64,000 nt of DNA from Elusimicrobiota bacterium (GTDB lineage Bacteria > Elusimicrobiota > Elusimicrobia > UBA1565 > UBA9628): NCBI GenBank assembly GCA_030696455.1, contig JAUYSH010000120.1:42317-106316 (forward strand), in the 5' to 3' direction. This document shows positions 37,334-47,247 of the stretch, piece by piece. A program made the translations under genes and the position numbers. The notes beneath the pieces were generated by a model, which did not search any database, was not told the DNA's origin, and worked only from the letters and a program-made list of their open reading frames with translations. Each line of letters starts with the position of its first letter. Within the stretch, counting starts at the first letter, position 1.

Positions 37334-38461
37334 TTAGAGCTTCTCATCGTACTCCTTCTGGCCCTCGCCCGCCGCGTTGAAGCGGCGCCGGCCCTGCTTG
37401 GCGTCGAGGCCGTGGCAGCCTTGGCAGCCGTACTTCTCATAGACCCGCTTGCCGTTCGCCGCGCCCGTCAGCTGCGGCTCGCGCGCTTTCGCCGCCGTCA
37501 CATGGTAGCGGTACGGGATGATCTCTTCCTTGGTCAGGCCCGAGAGGTAGGTGGTGATCGCCTCGGCGCCCTCGGCGCTGAGCTCCTCGCGGAAGTCGGG
37601 CATGCCCGACGGCGGGATCGGCTCGGCGTTGTAGTGCGCGAACGGGTCGTTGGGCGTGACGGCGGCCGGATCGTTGACGAGGTGGGCGCGGATCCAGTTC
37701 TGGAGGTTCCAGTGGTTGTTATGGTGCTCGTTGGGCAATTCCTTGCCGTCGATGCGGATCTTCTTGAAGTTGTAGCCCGCGATGCGCTCGAAGGGCTTGT
37801 CGGCGATGTCGCCGAGTTCGACGGAAACGACGCCGCCCACGCCGTTGATCGCGTGGCAGCCCTGGCAGCCGTGCTTATTGAACAGCTTCTTGCCTTCGGC
37901 CGCGATCTCCGCGCCCTTGAGGGTCTCGAAGTTGTCGTGGCACTTCACGCAGGAGCCCTGGATGGTGGCGCCCTTGAGCATGGGCTTTTCCCAGTGCTTG
38001 ACCCAGCCGTGGGCGGCGTCCACCTGTGTCGCGAGCCCCTGGCCGGAGTGGCACGAGGTGCAGCCGAACTTGGAGAACGGGTGAGCCTTGATCAGCGCCG
38101 TGTCCACCTTCGGGTGGGCCTTGTACGGATGCTCGGTGAAGCTGTTCTTGAGCGTGGTGTTCGTGTACTCGTCCATGCCCACGTGACAGGTCACGCAGCG
38201 GTCGAAGCGCCCCAGATCGTTCGCGATGATCTGCTTGATCTCGAGCGGCGTGCGGCGCATCTTGCGCGCCTCGGCCTTAAGCTCCGCGGCCTTCTTCTCG
38301 TCCTTCTCGGCCGCCGCCTGCTTCTCCATCTCGTCGGCGGCCATTTGGTAGTACTGCTTCTGGTACGGCTTCCACTCCGCGTTGAAGTCCTTGGCGAAGG
38401 CCCAGACGAAGGCCGCCAGCATCAGCGCGTTGGAGGCGATAAAGGCTTTTCGGTAGCTCAT
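37334..38461 (-). CDS. Multihaem c-type cytochrome (5 CxxCH) of the Rieske/cytochrome b complex
   Basis: N-terminal TM helix. Motifs CVTCH, CTSCH, CVKCH, CQGCH, CQGCH. It ends at TAA (37334-37336) 30 residues after the last CxxCH. Confidence 0.8.
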   Translation of the reverse strand: MSYRKAFIASNALMLAAFVWAFAKDFNAEWKPYQKQYYQMAADEMEKQAAAEKDEKKAAELKAEARKMRRTPLEIKQIIANDLGRFDRCVTCHVGMDEYTNTTLKNSFTEHPYKAHPKVDTALIKAHPFSKFGCTSCHSGQGLATQVDAAHGWVKHWEKPMLKGATIQGSCVKCHDNFETLKGAEIAAEGKKLFNKHGCQGCHAINGVGGVVSVELGDIADKPFERIAGYNFKKIRIDGKELPNEHHNNHWNLQNWIRAHLVNDPAAVTPNDPFAHYNAEPIPPSGMPDFREELSAEGAEAITTYLSGLTKEEIIPYRYHVTAAKAREPQLTGAANGKRVYEKYGCQGCHGLDAKQGRRRFNAAGEGQKEYDEKL

Positions 38462-38462
38462 G

Positions 38463-40118
38463 TCAGAAGTTCATGCTGAGCGCGGGGATGGTCAGCACGT
38501 ATTTGATGTCGAAGGCGAGGCTCGCGCACATCTTAAGAAGAATGCTCATCGTGCTGGTCACCAGGACCATCGTGACGAGATACCTCGGCCAGTCCAACGT
38601 CCGGATGTGCCGCTGCGGCAGGACGAAGCCGTAATAGAAGGAGGCGCCGACCAGGAACAGCAGGAAGCCCGCCTGGGTCGCGTTCATGCGGCCCATGGCC
38701 ATCCCGACCGCGGCGAACAGCGCCAAGAGGCCCAGGAAGCCGCCCATCAGCTTCTTGCCGTCGAGCTCCTTCTGGATCAGCTTCGGCAGAAGCATCCACG
38801 CGGCGCCGACCGCGCCGAGCAGCGGGATGCCGATGAGCATGCTGTAGGCTCCCACTCCCTTCGGGCCGAACACGCTCCAGGTGGGAGGCGGCGCGGGCTT
38901 ATTGAGGAACCAGGACTCCCACGGCCAGTACCACGCGTAGTTCGGCCCGCGCAGGGCGTAGCCGATGTAGATCAGCGCGAACCACATCACGACGCCGAGC
39001 ATGAACATGGTGTTCGCGAACGGGCGCTCCTTCCAGGCGTAATAGCCGACGCCTTTCGGGTTCGTGTCGATGTAAGGAATGGCGATCAAGCCGACGACGA
39101 TCAGCCCGGGCATGACGACGCCGGCGATCCACGGGTCGAAGTACACGAGCAGTTCCTGCAGGCCGACGAAATACCAGGGGGCCTTGGAGGGGTTCGTGGT
39201 GACATTGGGGTTGGCGATCGCCTCGAGCGGGGCGTCCTGCAGGATCGACCAGATCATGATGAAGATCACGGTCGCCGCGGCGGCGATGTACTCGCGCTTG
39301 ACGAGGTGCGGCCACACGTCCACCTTCTCCTCGTTGGCGACGTAGGGCGCGGCCGAGAAGCTGTCCTTGCGGATCCTCCAAAAGTGCAGAATAAGAAGGA
39401 TGCCGACGACGAGCGGCACCGCCACGCAGTGCATGACATAGAAGCGCAGGAGCGTGTTCTCGCCGACCATGGTGCCGCCGAGCAAGGTGAAGCGGACGTC
39501 GTTGTTGATGCGCATGCCCATCAGCGAGCCCAGGGGGCCCTCGTTGCCGAGGACGGGGGTGGCGCCGGCCATGTTCGTGCCGACGGTGACGGCCCAGATA
39601 GCCAGCTGGTCCCAGGGCAGCAGGTAGCCGGTGAACGAGAGGAACAATGTCAAGGTGAGCAGAAGGACGCCGATGCCCCAGTTGAACTCGCGGGGCTTCT
39701 TGTACGCGCCGGTCAGGAACACGCGCACCATGTGCGCGATGACGGCCACGACCATCGCCTGGGCGGCCCAGCGATGGGCGTTGCGCAGGAACATGCCGAG
39801 CGTGACCGCGAACTCGAGGTCCTTGATGTCGCGATAGGCCAGTCCAATAGTGGGTCTGTAGTAAAACATCAGCGCCACGCCGGTGAGCGTCAGGATCAGG
39901 TACAGCGCGAAGGAGATGCCGCCCATGCCCCAGGTGTAGAGCCACTCGAGGGCGCGAGGGCGGACCTTGACGGGGTGAAGGTGGAGCCAGACGTTGCCGA
40001 TGATGTGGCCGGCGCGGTCGCGCGGGGTGTCCTTCCAGACGCCGCCGCGGAAGACGGACCGCCAGAGCTGGGAGTCGATGATCTCTTTCTTGATCTTCTC
40101 GAGGTCTAACGTGGGCAT
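38463..40118 (-). CDS. Cytochrome b (bc-complex b subunit, long form)
   Basis: Typical b/b6 N-terminus ([13 protein letters not shown]...[47 protein letters not shown]). 551 aa, polytopic. Confidence 0.85.
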   Translation of the reverse strand: MPTLDLEKIKKEIIDSQLWRSVFRGGVWKDTPRDRAGHIIGNVWLHLHPVKVRPRALEWLYTWGMGGISFALYLILTLTGVALMFYYRPTIGLAYRDIKDLEFAVTLGMFLRNAHRWAAQAMVVAVIAHMVRVFLTGAYKKPREFNWGIGVLLLTLTLFLSFTGYLLPWDQLAIWAVTVGTNMAGATPVLGNEGPLGSLMGMRINNDVRFTLLGGTMVGENTLLRFYVMHCVAVPLVVGILLILHFWRIRKDSFSAAPYVANEEKVDVWPHLVKREYIAAAATVIFIMIWSILQDAPLEAIANPNVTTNPSKAPWYFVGLQELLVYFDPWIAGVVMPGLIVVGLIAIPYIDTNPKGVGYYAWKERPFANTMFMLGVVMWFALIYIGYALRGPNYAWYWPWESWFLNKPAPPPTWSVFGPKGVGAYSMLIGIPLLGAVGAAWMLLPKLIQKELDGKKLMGGFLGLLALFAAVGMAMGRMNATQAGFLLFLVGASFYYGFVLPQRHIRTLDWPRYLVTMVLVTSTMSILLKMCASLAFDIKYVLTIPALSMNF

Positions 40119-40131
40119 TATTTTATAGTCC

Positions 40132-40707
40132 TCAGGCGGACGCGTAGTTCGCGAAATAGGGTGCGTGCTCGCGCTTGCCGGGCTTGTTCTCGAGGATGGC
40201 CTTGTCGACGATCAGATCACCCGTCGCAGCCAGCTCGACCTTGGTGCGCCACAGCGGCATCGGCGCGGGGCCGGCGATCACGTCGCCGCCGAGCGTGAAG
40301 TTGGAGCCGTGGCACGGACACTTGAAGCGGTTCTGGTCGTCCCACCAGTTGGGCGTGCAGCCGAGGTGCGTGCAACGCGCCCACATCGCGTAAAAGCCGG
40401 AAGGCGTCCGCACGATCCAGACGCGCTGCTCGTTGAGCCACTTCGTGGAGACGCCGACGTCGTAGCTCGCGGCGGGTCCCGCGTTGAACTTCTGCGACGG
40501 CTCGTAGATCACGTTCGGGAACATGAAGCGGGCGCCGGCGGCCGCGGAGGCGGCGAAGAAGGCGGCGAGCATGCCCCAGCCGGCCCAGAGGAAGTCTCCG
40601 CGCGAGATGGGCTTGACGGGGGCGGGCGCCGCAGGCGCGGGGGCCGTCGCGGCGGGCGCGGGCTTCGGGTCGGAGTCGGGAGCCGGATTCGGAGTGGGTT
40701 CGCTCAT
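40132..40707 (-). CDS. Rieske [2Fe-2S] protein
   Basis: [10 protein letters not shown]...CPCHGSNF boxes. Pro/Ala-rich N-terminus with a degenerate Tat-like SRGDFL motif. Confidence 0.9.
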   Translation of the reverse strand: MSEPTPNPAPDSDPKPAPAATAPAPAAPAPVKPISRGDFLWAGWGMLAAFFAASAAAGARFMFPNVIYEPSQKFNAGPAASYDVGVSTKWLNEQRVWIVRTPSGFYAMWARCTHLGCTPNWWDDQNRFKCPCHGSNFTLGGDVIAGPAPMPLWRTKVELAATGDLIVDKAILENKPGKREHAPYFANYASA

Positions 40708-40768
40708 TTTTGTCGTTTCTTACCTATGCCAGTTTTGAGAAAAAGTTAACGCGAAGCGTCACAAACTA

Positions 40769-41716
40769 TCAATTAGCGCGAGCTCCTGTCAAACCGCCTC
40801 GTCCGGCGCGCTCCGCGTCGGCCGCCCGTTCGAGGACCCAGGCGTCGAAGCCGTCGTGGGGCATCAAAGTCTCGCCGCTCCAGGCGTAGTCGAGCCCGGC
40901 GAGATCCTTGACGATCTTGCGCTCGATGCCGCCGCGGGCGATCAGCACCGGCAGCACGAGGGCGCGGGACTTCTCCCCCTTCGCGCCCGCGACCATGGCG
41001 CGTATCTCGGCGACGGCGGCCGCGCGGATCGCCGGCGCGGCGTCGTCGCGCAGCAGGCCGTAGCCGCAGCTGCGGAAGCTCTTCAGCGCCCCGCACAGCG
41101 AGCGCATCGAGCCTCTCCAAGACTCGAGGGCCGCCTCGTCGACGGGACCGTGCGCGACGAGGACCACCCGCTCGCGCGCCGGGTCCCGGCTCAGCGCCTT
41201 GGCGCGCGCGTTGAGGATGCGGCCGACGAGCTCGTGATCGTCGAGAGCTCGGGCCAGGGCGATGGGCCGGCGCGCCTTGACCCGCTCCGTGGAGAACTCC
41301 ATCGAATGGCCGTGGGCCGGCGCGGCGTGAGCGCCGTGCGCGGCGTGAGCGCCGTGGGCCTTGGCCATGCGCTCGAGCCCGGCCCGCAGCGCCTCGGACG
41401 GCGTGTCCGAGAGCCCGAGCGCGTAGGCCGTCTGATCGAGCACCTCGGAGCGGCTTTGCACGAACAGGGGCACGGCGACGATGCGCGCGACCTTGCGCTT
41501 CTCGAGGCGATCGACCGCGGCCTGAAGCGACTTCGGGTCGGCCATCCCGAGCGCGGTCTCGGTCGGGACCTTCGCGTTCACGCGGACGCGGAGGTCCTCG
41601 ACCTCCTTGTTCCACGAAGCGTCCCCCCCGTGCGCGAGAAGGAGTATGCCGTACGGGGCCTTCGCGCGGGCGGGCGCGGCGAGGAGCAGGAGCGACAGGA
41701 CCGCCGCGGACCTCAT
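40769..41716 (-). CDS. CbiX/SirB-type chelatase, long two-domain form
   Basis: Signal peptide, then two repeats (GILLLAHGG... and VVLVAHGP...). His-rich linker HGAHAAHGAHAAPAHGH. Confidence 0.6.
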   Translation of the reverse strand: MRSAAVLSLLLLAAPARAKAPYGILLLAHGGDASWNKEVEDLRVRVNAKVPTETALGMADPKSLQAAVDRLEKRKVARIVAVPLFVQSRSEVLDQTAYALGLSDTPSEALRAGLERMAKAHGAHAAHGAHAAPAHGHSMEFSTERVKARRPIALARALDDHELVGRILNARAKALSRDPARERVVLVAHGPVDEAALESWRGSMRSLCGALKSFRSCGYGLLRDDAAPAIRAAAVAEIRAMVAGAKGEKSRALVLPVLIARGGIERKIVKDLAGLDYAWSGETLMPHDGFDAWVLERAADAERAGRGGLTGARAN

Positions 41717-42792
41717 CCGGGATATTCCGCGTCTAAGACCCGACCATCCGTTCGGTCGGCGTGCTTGAGGCTGAGCTCAGGGCCCGACGACAGGGACCGC
41801 GCCCAGGCGGCGAACTCGGCGGCCTTGGCGTCGACGATGCGGCGCGCCGCGGCGACGGCCTCCGCACGCGAGGCCATGTTCTTGGCGACGATCGCCTCGA
41901 GGTCCTCGAGGCGGTATAAATACACGCCATCGATCGCGTGCACCGACTCCTCGATGTCGCGCGGCATCGCGATGTCGATCAGGAACAGCGAGCGTCCCCC
42001 GCGGCGGCGCACGGCCTCCGACACGATGGCGCGCGTGAGCACCGCGGCCGGCGCGCCGGTCGAGGAGATGACGACGTCGGCGCGCTCGAGCTCGGCGGGG
42101 AAGGTCTCCCACTTGACGGCCTCGCCCTGGTAGCGGGCGGCCAACTGATAGGCGCGGTCCCAGGTGCGGTTGGCGACGACGAGCTTGCTGACGCCGCGCG
42201 CGGCGAGGTGCTTGGCGGCGAGCTCGGACATCGCCCCCGCTCCCAGGATCAGCGCGCACTTCCCCTCGAGACGGCCGAAGATGGTCTCGGCCAGCTGGAC
42301 GGCGACGGAGGGGACCGACAAGGAGCCGGAGGCGAGCGCGGTCTCGGTGCGGACCTTCTTCCCGACGAACAACGCGCGCTGGAACAGCACATTGAGGCGC
42401 TTGCCGGTCATGCCCGCGGCCATCGCCTTCTCGTAGCCGGTCTTCACCTGGCCGAGGATCTCGGTCTCGCCCACGACCAGGGAGTCGAGGCCCGCGGCGA
42501 CCGCTAAGAGATGGTCGACCGCGGCGGCGTCCTCCCGGATCTCGGCCTGCGGGCCGAGGCTCGTTTCCGCCAGCTCCTCGAGGATGGCGACCAGCCCCGC
42601 CGCCGCCAGGTCCTGATCGGCTTGCCCGGCGACATATAATTCGAAGCGGTTGCAGGTGGACACCGCGACGGCCTCCGCGAAGCCGCGCGTCTTGAGCTCG
42701 AGCAGCACCCGCTCCACGGGGACGGAGGCGAGCGCCTCGCGCGCCGCGCACACGCGGTCGCGATGGCTCCAGCTCAGGCAAACGAGCTTCAC
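41713..42792 (-). CDS. hemA: Glutamyl-tRNA reductase
   Basis: GTG start (GTGA overlap). Active-site region AVSTCNRFELY, HLLAVAAGLDSLVVGETEILGQVK, and the NADPH-binding GAGAMSELAAKHL. Confidence 0.85.
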   Translation of the reverse strand: MKLVCLSWSHRDRVCAAREALASVPVERVLLELKTRGFAEAVAVSTCNRFELYVAGQADQDLAAAGLVAILEELAETSLGPQAEIREDAAAVDHLLAVAAGLDSLVVGETEILGQVKTGYEKAMAAGMTGKRLNVLFQRALFVGKKVRTETALASGSLSVPSVAVQLAETIFGRLEGKCALILGAGAMSELAAKHLAARGVSKLVVANRTWDRAYQLAARYQGEAVKWETFPAELERADVVISSTGAPAAVLTRAIVSEAVRRRGGRSLFLIDIAMPRDIEESVHAIDGVYLYRLEDLEAIVAKNMASRAEAVAAARRIVDAKAAEFAAWARSLSSGPELSLKHADRTDGRVLDAEYPG

Positions 42793-43637
42793 TTCCCCCC
42801 CAGGTAGTCGTGGCTGTCGGAGAAGACCCCGGCGCCGAAGAAGGTCAGCAGGATGCACGCGAAGCCGGCCATGGACACGTAGACGGGGGTGCGTCCGCGC
42901 CGGCCGGAGACGTAGCGCAGCCAGATGAACGCGGCGTAGAATCCGACCGTGACCAGCGACATGATCTCTTTGGCGTCCCCGGACCAGGCTCGGCCCGAGG
43001 ACTGGTACGCCCACACGGCGCCCATCACCAGGCCGAGGACGAGGATGGGAAGCGTGATGGCGATGATGCGGCTGTTGAGGGCGTCGAGCTCGTCGAGAGA
43101 GGGCAGCCGGTAGCACAGCTCGCTCGGCGTGCGCGACTTGATCTGGCGCTCCTGGATCAGCAGCGCCAGGGCCACGCCGAAGGCGTTGGTGAACGTGGCG
43201 TAGGCGGTCATCAGAATCATCGGATGAATATTGAGCCAGTAGCTGCGCAGCTTGGGCTCGAGCGGCGCGAGCTCGGGATTGGCCAGGATCACGGCGAGGC
43301 CGAGGCCGAGGGCGGCCATGGGCAGGACGAAGGCCCCGAGTATGCCCAGGTGCCGTCTGACCTCGATCGTGAAGAACGCGCCGGCCAGGGCGAAGGACAT
43401 GTAGGAAAGCGCGCCGAAGAAGTTGTTGATCGGCAGGAACCAGCGGTTCTCCGGGAAGGCCCAGAACGCGGCGAGGTGGATGCCGAAGGAGAGGAACTGC
43501 AGGACGAGGCCGCAGCCGACGAAGGTCAGCATGAGACGGCTGGCGCGCTCGTTCTTCGTCAGAAGGTAATGGAGGGCCGCGACGGAGGCGGCGGCGTAGA
43601 GAGCGAACGCGGACCACGATAGGACCATCTTGATCAT
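42789..43637 (-). CDS. Cytochrome c assembly protein (CcsA/HemX family)
   Basis: 8-TM protein with a W-rich motif GAVWAYQSSGRAWSGDAKE (WWD-like). Upstream of hemA, as in hemAX arrangements. Confidence 0.65.
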   Translation of the reverse strand: MIKMVLSWSAFALYAAASVAALHYLLTKNERASRLMLTFVGCGLVLQFLSFGIHLAAFWAFPENRWFLPINNFFGALSYMSFALAGAFFTIEVRRHLGILGAFVLPMAALGLGLAVILANPELAPLEPKLRSYWLNIHPMILMTAYATFTNAFGVALALLIQERQIKSRTPSELCYRLPSLDELDALNSRIIAITLPILVLGLVMGAVWAYQSSGRAWSGDAKEIMSLVTVGFYAAFIWLRYVSGRRGRTPVYVSMAGFACILLTFFGAGVFSDSHDYLGGK

Positions 43638-43688
43638 GCCGGAGACTATTCTAGCATGTGGCTGAAGGGCGCCGCGAGAGCGGCGGGG

Positions 43689-46600
43689 TCAGTCGCCGGA
43701 CCAGGGGTTGAAGCGGCCGCCGATGACCGGGGCCTCGTCGCACAGCTTCTTGAACAGTTCGAGCTGGGCCTTCGTGGCGCCGCGGGACTTCAGGCTCTCG
43801 AGCGTGTTGTAGTAGGCCATGTTGTACTCGGTGTGAGACCAGATCCCGCCCTTGGAGGAGGCCACTGACCTCGCGGCCGCGGAGATATCATCGTTGGTGA
43901 GCTTGGTCTTCTTGCCGCGCAGCGTGCCGGCGAGCAGGCCCAGGCCGAGGACCCCGCCCATGCCCCGGAAGAATTCCTCGATGGACGGGATCGGGCCCTG
44001 CCAGCCCTCGGGGACGGTCGGCACCGCGACGGGGGCATTGGTCGCCGCCCAGAAGATGGCTGCGTAGATCGCCGCGACGAGGGAGGCGGCGCCGAGCCAG
44101 AGCAGGAAGAGCTTGAGCGCCGATTCCTTCGGCGCGGCGGGCGGGCCGCGGCGGATCTCGCCGGTGCGCGCGTTCATCCTGAAGAGCTCGTCGCGGGAGT
44201 CCTGATAGGAGTACCATAGATCCCTTTCCCTGTCGCCGTTGGGCCGCTGGACGCGCGGCAGGAGGCTGACCCGAGTGACGCCGTCGACGCCCTTGAGCCC
44301 CGCGTCCGGCCCCAGCTTCACGCTCAGGTCGAAGTACGCGGCACCCATGCCTTCGGCGAGCCGCTCGGCCGAGACCATGCCCTTGAGCTCCGGCTCGAAG
44401 GCGTCCATCATCGTCTCGGAGACCGTCGTGCGGCGCGCGGGAACCATGTACTCGACGCCGCCGCTCTCCCCGCCCCAGCCGAAATGGAACCGCCACTCGT
44501 CGCCGACCGCGGCGCCGTTGAAGAAACGGGTCTCGTGCACGCCGGACAGGAAGGTGATCCGGTTGACCGGAACGCCGGCCGAAGCCGCCTTGGCCGTGAT
44601 CTTCTCCAACGCCAGCGCGTAAAGCTCGTTGGGCGCGACGGCATGGGTCAGGCCGGCCGCCTTCGCCGCGGCCCGCGAGGCCTTGTCGGACAGCTTATCG
44701 ACGCGAACGAAGGCGCCGGAGGCGCCGACCGTGCCCACGCTGCCGGCATCGTCGTAGAAGCGGTAGGAGAACTGGGAGCCGTTGCCGTCCAACGCGGGGC
44801 GCGCGGCGAGCGAGACGGACACGCCCGAGCCGAAGCCGGGGACCTCGTTCTTGAGGAGGAGCAGCGCGGCTTCAGGGGTGAGAGCGACGAAGGACTTGAA
44901 GCCCTCCGCCGAGATCGGATGGGACTTCCGCGTCGGGGCCGCGCCCGTAAAGACGCTCGTCTTGAAGTCCTGGCCGTTGCCGAGGAAGGTCGAGAAGTCC
45001 ACGTAGATGAGGGCGTTGGGGACGGAGAACTTGTAGTGCCACTGGGCGCCGTCTCGTATCGGCATCGAGGCGGTCGCCTCGACGAACTCCACCTGGTCGG
45101 CCGGCACGCCGCGCTTGGCCGCGGCCTCGCGGGCCTGCTTGAGCGCCGTCGCGTAAGACTCGTTCGGGTCGGAGAGGACCGACGGGCGCCAGGCGCTCAT
45201 CATCCCGGCCATGCCGAGCGCGGTCGCGCCGAGGAAGAAGCCGGCGTCTTCGCCGAAGGGCGAGAGCTGCCAGTTGCGCACGGCCTCCTCGCCCATGCGG
45301 ACGATGTCGCCGAGCGCGGAGGCGAGGGCGTACCAGCCCAGGGCGCCGAGGCCGATGATCGTGCCGATCATGCCGAGCTGGATCGCCGTGCCGACCTTGT
45401 CGCCGCCCTTGGACGCCGGAGCGGCGGGCTTGGAGGCGACGGACTCGAGTACCTTCTGCGCGACCTCCGGGCCGTGGCCCGCGAGGTTCCAGCCGTTGGG
45501 GATGCGCGGATCCATCTTGCGGCCGACGCCGATCGCGAGCGCGCCGGGCAGGCCCTTGGCCATGTTGCGATCGGTCTCGTTGCCGGTCTCGCCGATCGGC
45601 AGGCCGCTGAGCTTGAGGCCCAGGCGCGTCAGCCAGGAGTCCTTCTTCGCGGCGCGCGGCACGTACATCATGTCGCCGATGACGAGGGCCTGGGAGGCGG
45701 AGAGGCCGAGCTTCGAAGCGATCTTCGCGGTGGCCGGGGACTTCGTGATGATCGAGAACGTGGCGTAGCCGGGGTTCTTGAGGTCCTTCGGAAGGCGGCC
45801 GGAGACCTCGACCTCGATGCCGCGCTTGGCGAGTTCCTCGCCCATGATGCCGGCGACCTGCTTCATCTGCGCCGGGGTGGCGCCGACCTTGATCATCAGG
45901 GCGTAGCCGTAGGTGTTGTAGGACTCCTTGGGGTTGAGCGAGTCGCCGGGGTGCTGCTCGACGCCGGCCTCGGAGAGCCGCGCGATCGTCGCGGCGGAGG
46001 CTTCCTTGACGGCCTCGAGCTTCTCGGCCGCGAGCGCCTCGGCCTCCCAGACCTTCACGGGAGCTCCGTTTTGATATTGGTAAAGCCGGCCGCCGCTGTT
46101 GGCGGCGACGTACATGCCCTCGGTCACGTCGGCCGGCAGGCTCGCCATCGACTCGAAGACCGTGAGCTGGGTGGAGCCCGCGCGCTTCTCGTCGCCGCGG
46201 TCGCTGACGACGGCGAAGTGCTTGCCGGCCTTGCGGATGGCGCGGATGGCGTCGATCTTCTCCTGGGACAGGACTGCGTTGTAGCCGGCGAGGGTGTCGT
46301 CGAAGTCGGAGACCACGAGCTGCTTGTCGGCGGCGGAGGCGATGATCTTGGCGGAGAGGGCGGTCCCGGCCTGCGGCAGGGAGAACACGGCGCCGGTCAC
46401 GGCCGCGATGGTCTTCAGGGCGAGGCGGTGGAAGCTATAAGAGGAAGAGGACTCGACCGTCTTGGGCGCGTCGGCCTTCGGAGCCGCGGCGGGGACGACC
46501 GACGGCTTGGGCGCCTCGGGCGCGGAGGGCGCCGGCAGAGCCGGAGCCAGAGCGGACGGCGCGGCGGCGACGGCGTCTGAGAGCTCCGAGCGCCGCGAGG

Positions 46601-47027
46601 TCGCGACGCCGGTCAGGACGCTCTCGAGGTCTCGGCCCGCGGTCGCGGCGGCGGAGCCGCCGGTCTCGGACTTCGCCATCGCCTGCAGGGCGGGCGCGGC
46701 GGCAAGGATCTTCCCGGCGATCGCGGCGGTGGGAGCCGCGGGCTTGAGCGCGGCGGGCGCGGCGGCGACGGGAGCGCCGAGCCGCGGCGACGCGGACAGC
46801 AGGGAGGGCGCCGACAGAGAGGGAGCCGTCAGGGACATCGCGGGCGCGGCCAAGGACGGCGGCGGCGCGTTCAGGGAGCCGAGGCCGACCTGCGGGGCGG
46901 CGGACACGGGAGTCGCGCGGCCGATGACGGCTTGCGCGAAGGCCTGCTGCGCGTCGATCCCCACGGAGAGGACGACGAGCGCGGCGGAGAGTGCGATCGA
47001 GACGAGGCGTTTGAGGCGTCGGGCCAT
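43689..47027 (-). CDS. Large secreted/membrane protein: signal peptide, Ala/Pro-rich linker, HAD-type phosphatase, 2 TM helices, tandem PepSY-like domains, C-terminal TM and domain
   Basis: HAD motif I VVSDFDDTL, motif II VVSDR, K/GDMMY motifs. TM helices near residues 560-620. Two about 80-aa repeats (AAKRGVPADQVEFVEA...WHYKF...LIYVD and AASAGVPVNRITFLSG...WRFHF...EYMVPA). Confidence 0.55.
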   Translation of the reverse strand: MARRLKRLVSIALSAALVVLSVGIDAQQAFAQAVIGRATPVSAAPQVGLGSLNAPPPSLAAPAMSLTAPSLSAPSLLSASPRLGAPVAAAPAALKPAAPTAAIAGKILAAAPALQAMAKSETGGSAAATAGRDLESVLTGVATSRRSELSDAVAAAPSALAPALPAPSAPEAPKPSVVPAAAPKADAPKTVESSSSYSFHRLALKTIAAVTGAVFSLPQAGTALSAKIIASAADKQLVVSDFDDTLAGYNAVLSQEKIDAIRAIRKAGKHFAVVSDRGDEKRAGSTQLTVFESMASLPADVTEGMYVAANSGGRLYQYQNGAPVKVWEAEALAAEKLEAVKEASAATIARLSEAGVEQHPGDSLNPKESYNTYGYALMIKVGATPAQMKQVAGIMGEELAKRGIEVEVSGRLPKDLKNPGYATFSIITKSPATAKIASKLGLSASQALVIGDMMYVPRAAKKDSWLTRLGLKLSGLPIGETGNETDRNMAKGLPGALAIGVGRKMDPRIPNGWNLAGHGPEVAQKVLESVASKPAAPASKGGDKVGTAIQLGMIGTIIGLGALGWYALASALGDIVRMGEEAVRNWQLSPFGEDAGFFLGATALGMAGMMSAWRPSVLSDPNESYATALKQAREAAAKRGVPADQVEFVEATASMPIRDGAQWHYKFSVPNALIYVDFSTFLGNGQDFKTSVFTGAAPTRKSHPISAEGFKSFVALTPEAALLLLKNEVPGFGSGVSVSLAARPALDGNGSQFSYRFYDDAGSVGTVGASGAFVRVDKLSDKASRAAAKAAGLTHAVAPNELYALALEKITAKAASAGVPVNRITFLSGVHETRFFNGAAVGDEWRFHFGWGGESGGVEYMVPARRTTVSETMMDAFEPELKGMVSAERLAEGMGAAYFDLSVKLGPDAGLKGVDGVTRVSLLPRVQRPNGDRERDLWYSYQDSRDELFRMNARTGEIRRGPPAAPKESALKLFLLWLGAASLVAAIYAAIFWAATNAPVAVPTVPEGWQGPIPSIEEFFRGMGGVLGLGLLAGTLRGKKTKLTNDDISAAARSVASSKGGIWSHTEYNMAYYNTLESLKSRGATKAQLELFKKLCDEAPVIGGRFNPWSGD

Positions 47028-47247
47028 GCGAGGTTCTCTCCCTACTGCTGGTCTAACGTCTGCTTCTATTGTAGCCGCTCGCGCCGCCGCCGCCCTGGGC
47101 CGTACGGGGAAGCGCGCCCAGGCATTCGGTCTAGGCCTAAGGTTCTACGTGCGCGATGACAAAAGTGATAGATAGGCCTTTGGGCCCACCAGGACCTGGG
47201 CCTCATGGCCCAAGCGCGGGCCTAAGGTCCCGGCTCATAATAGGCCC

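Noticed and set aside
37244-40109. Plus-strand ORFs 37244-38479 and 38460-40109, and minus 38899-39945
   Set aside because: Antisense or wrong frame relative to the cytochrome c and cytochrome b genes.
40773-43622. ORFs 40773-41615 (-), 40856-42133 (+), 41777-42781 (-), 42810-43622 (+), and the 634-aa form of hemA
   Set aside because: Alternative frames of the cbiX, hemA and ccsA genes. hemA starts at the GTG at 42792, not at 43617.
44484-46580. 698-aa plus-strand ORF
   Set aside because: Antisense to the large HAD-PepSY gene.
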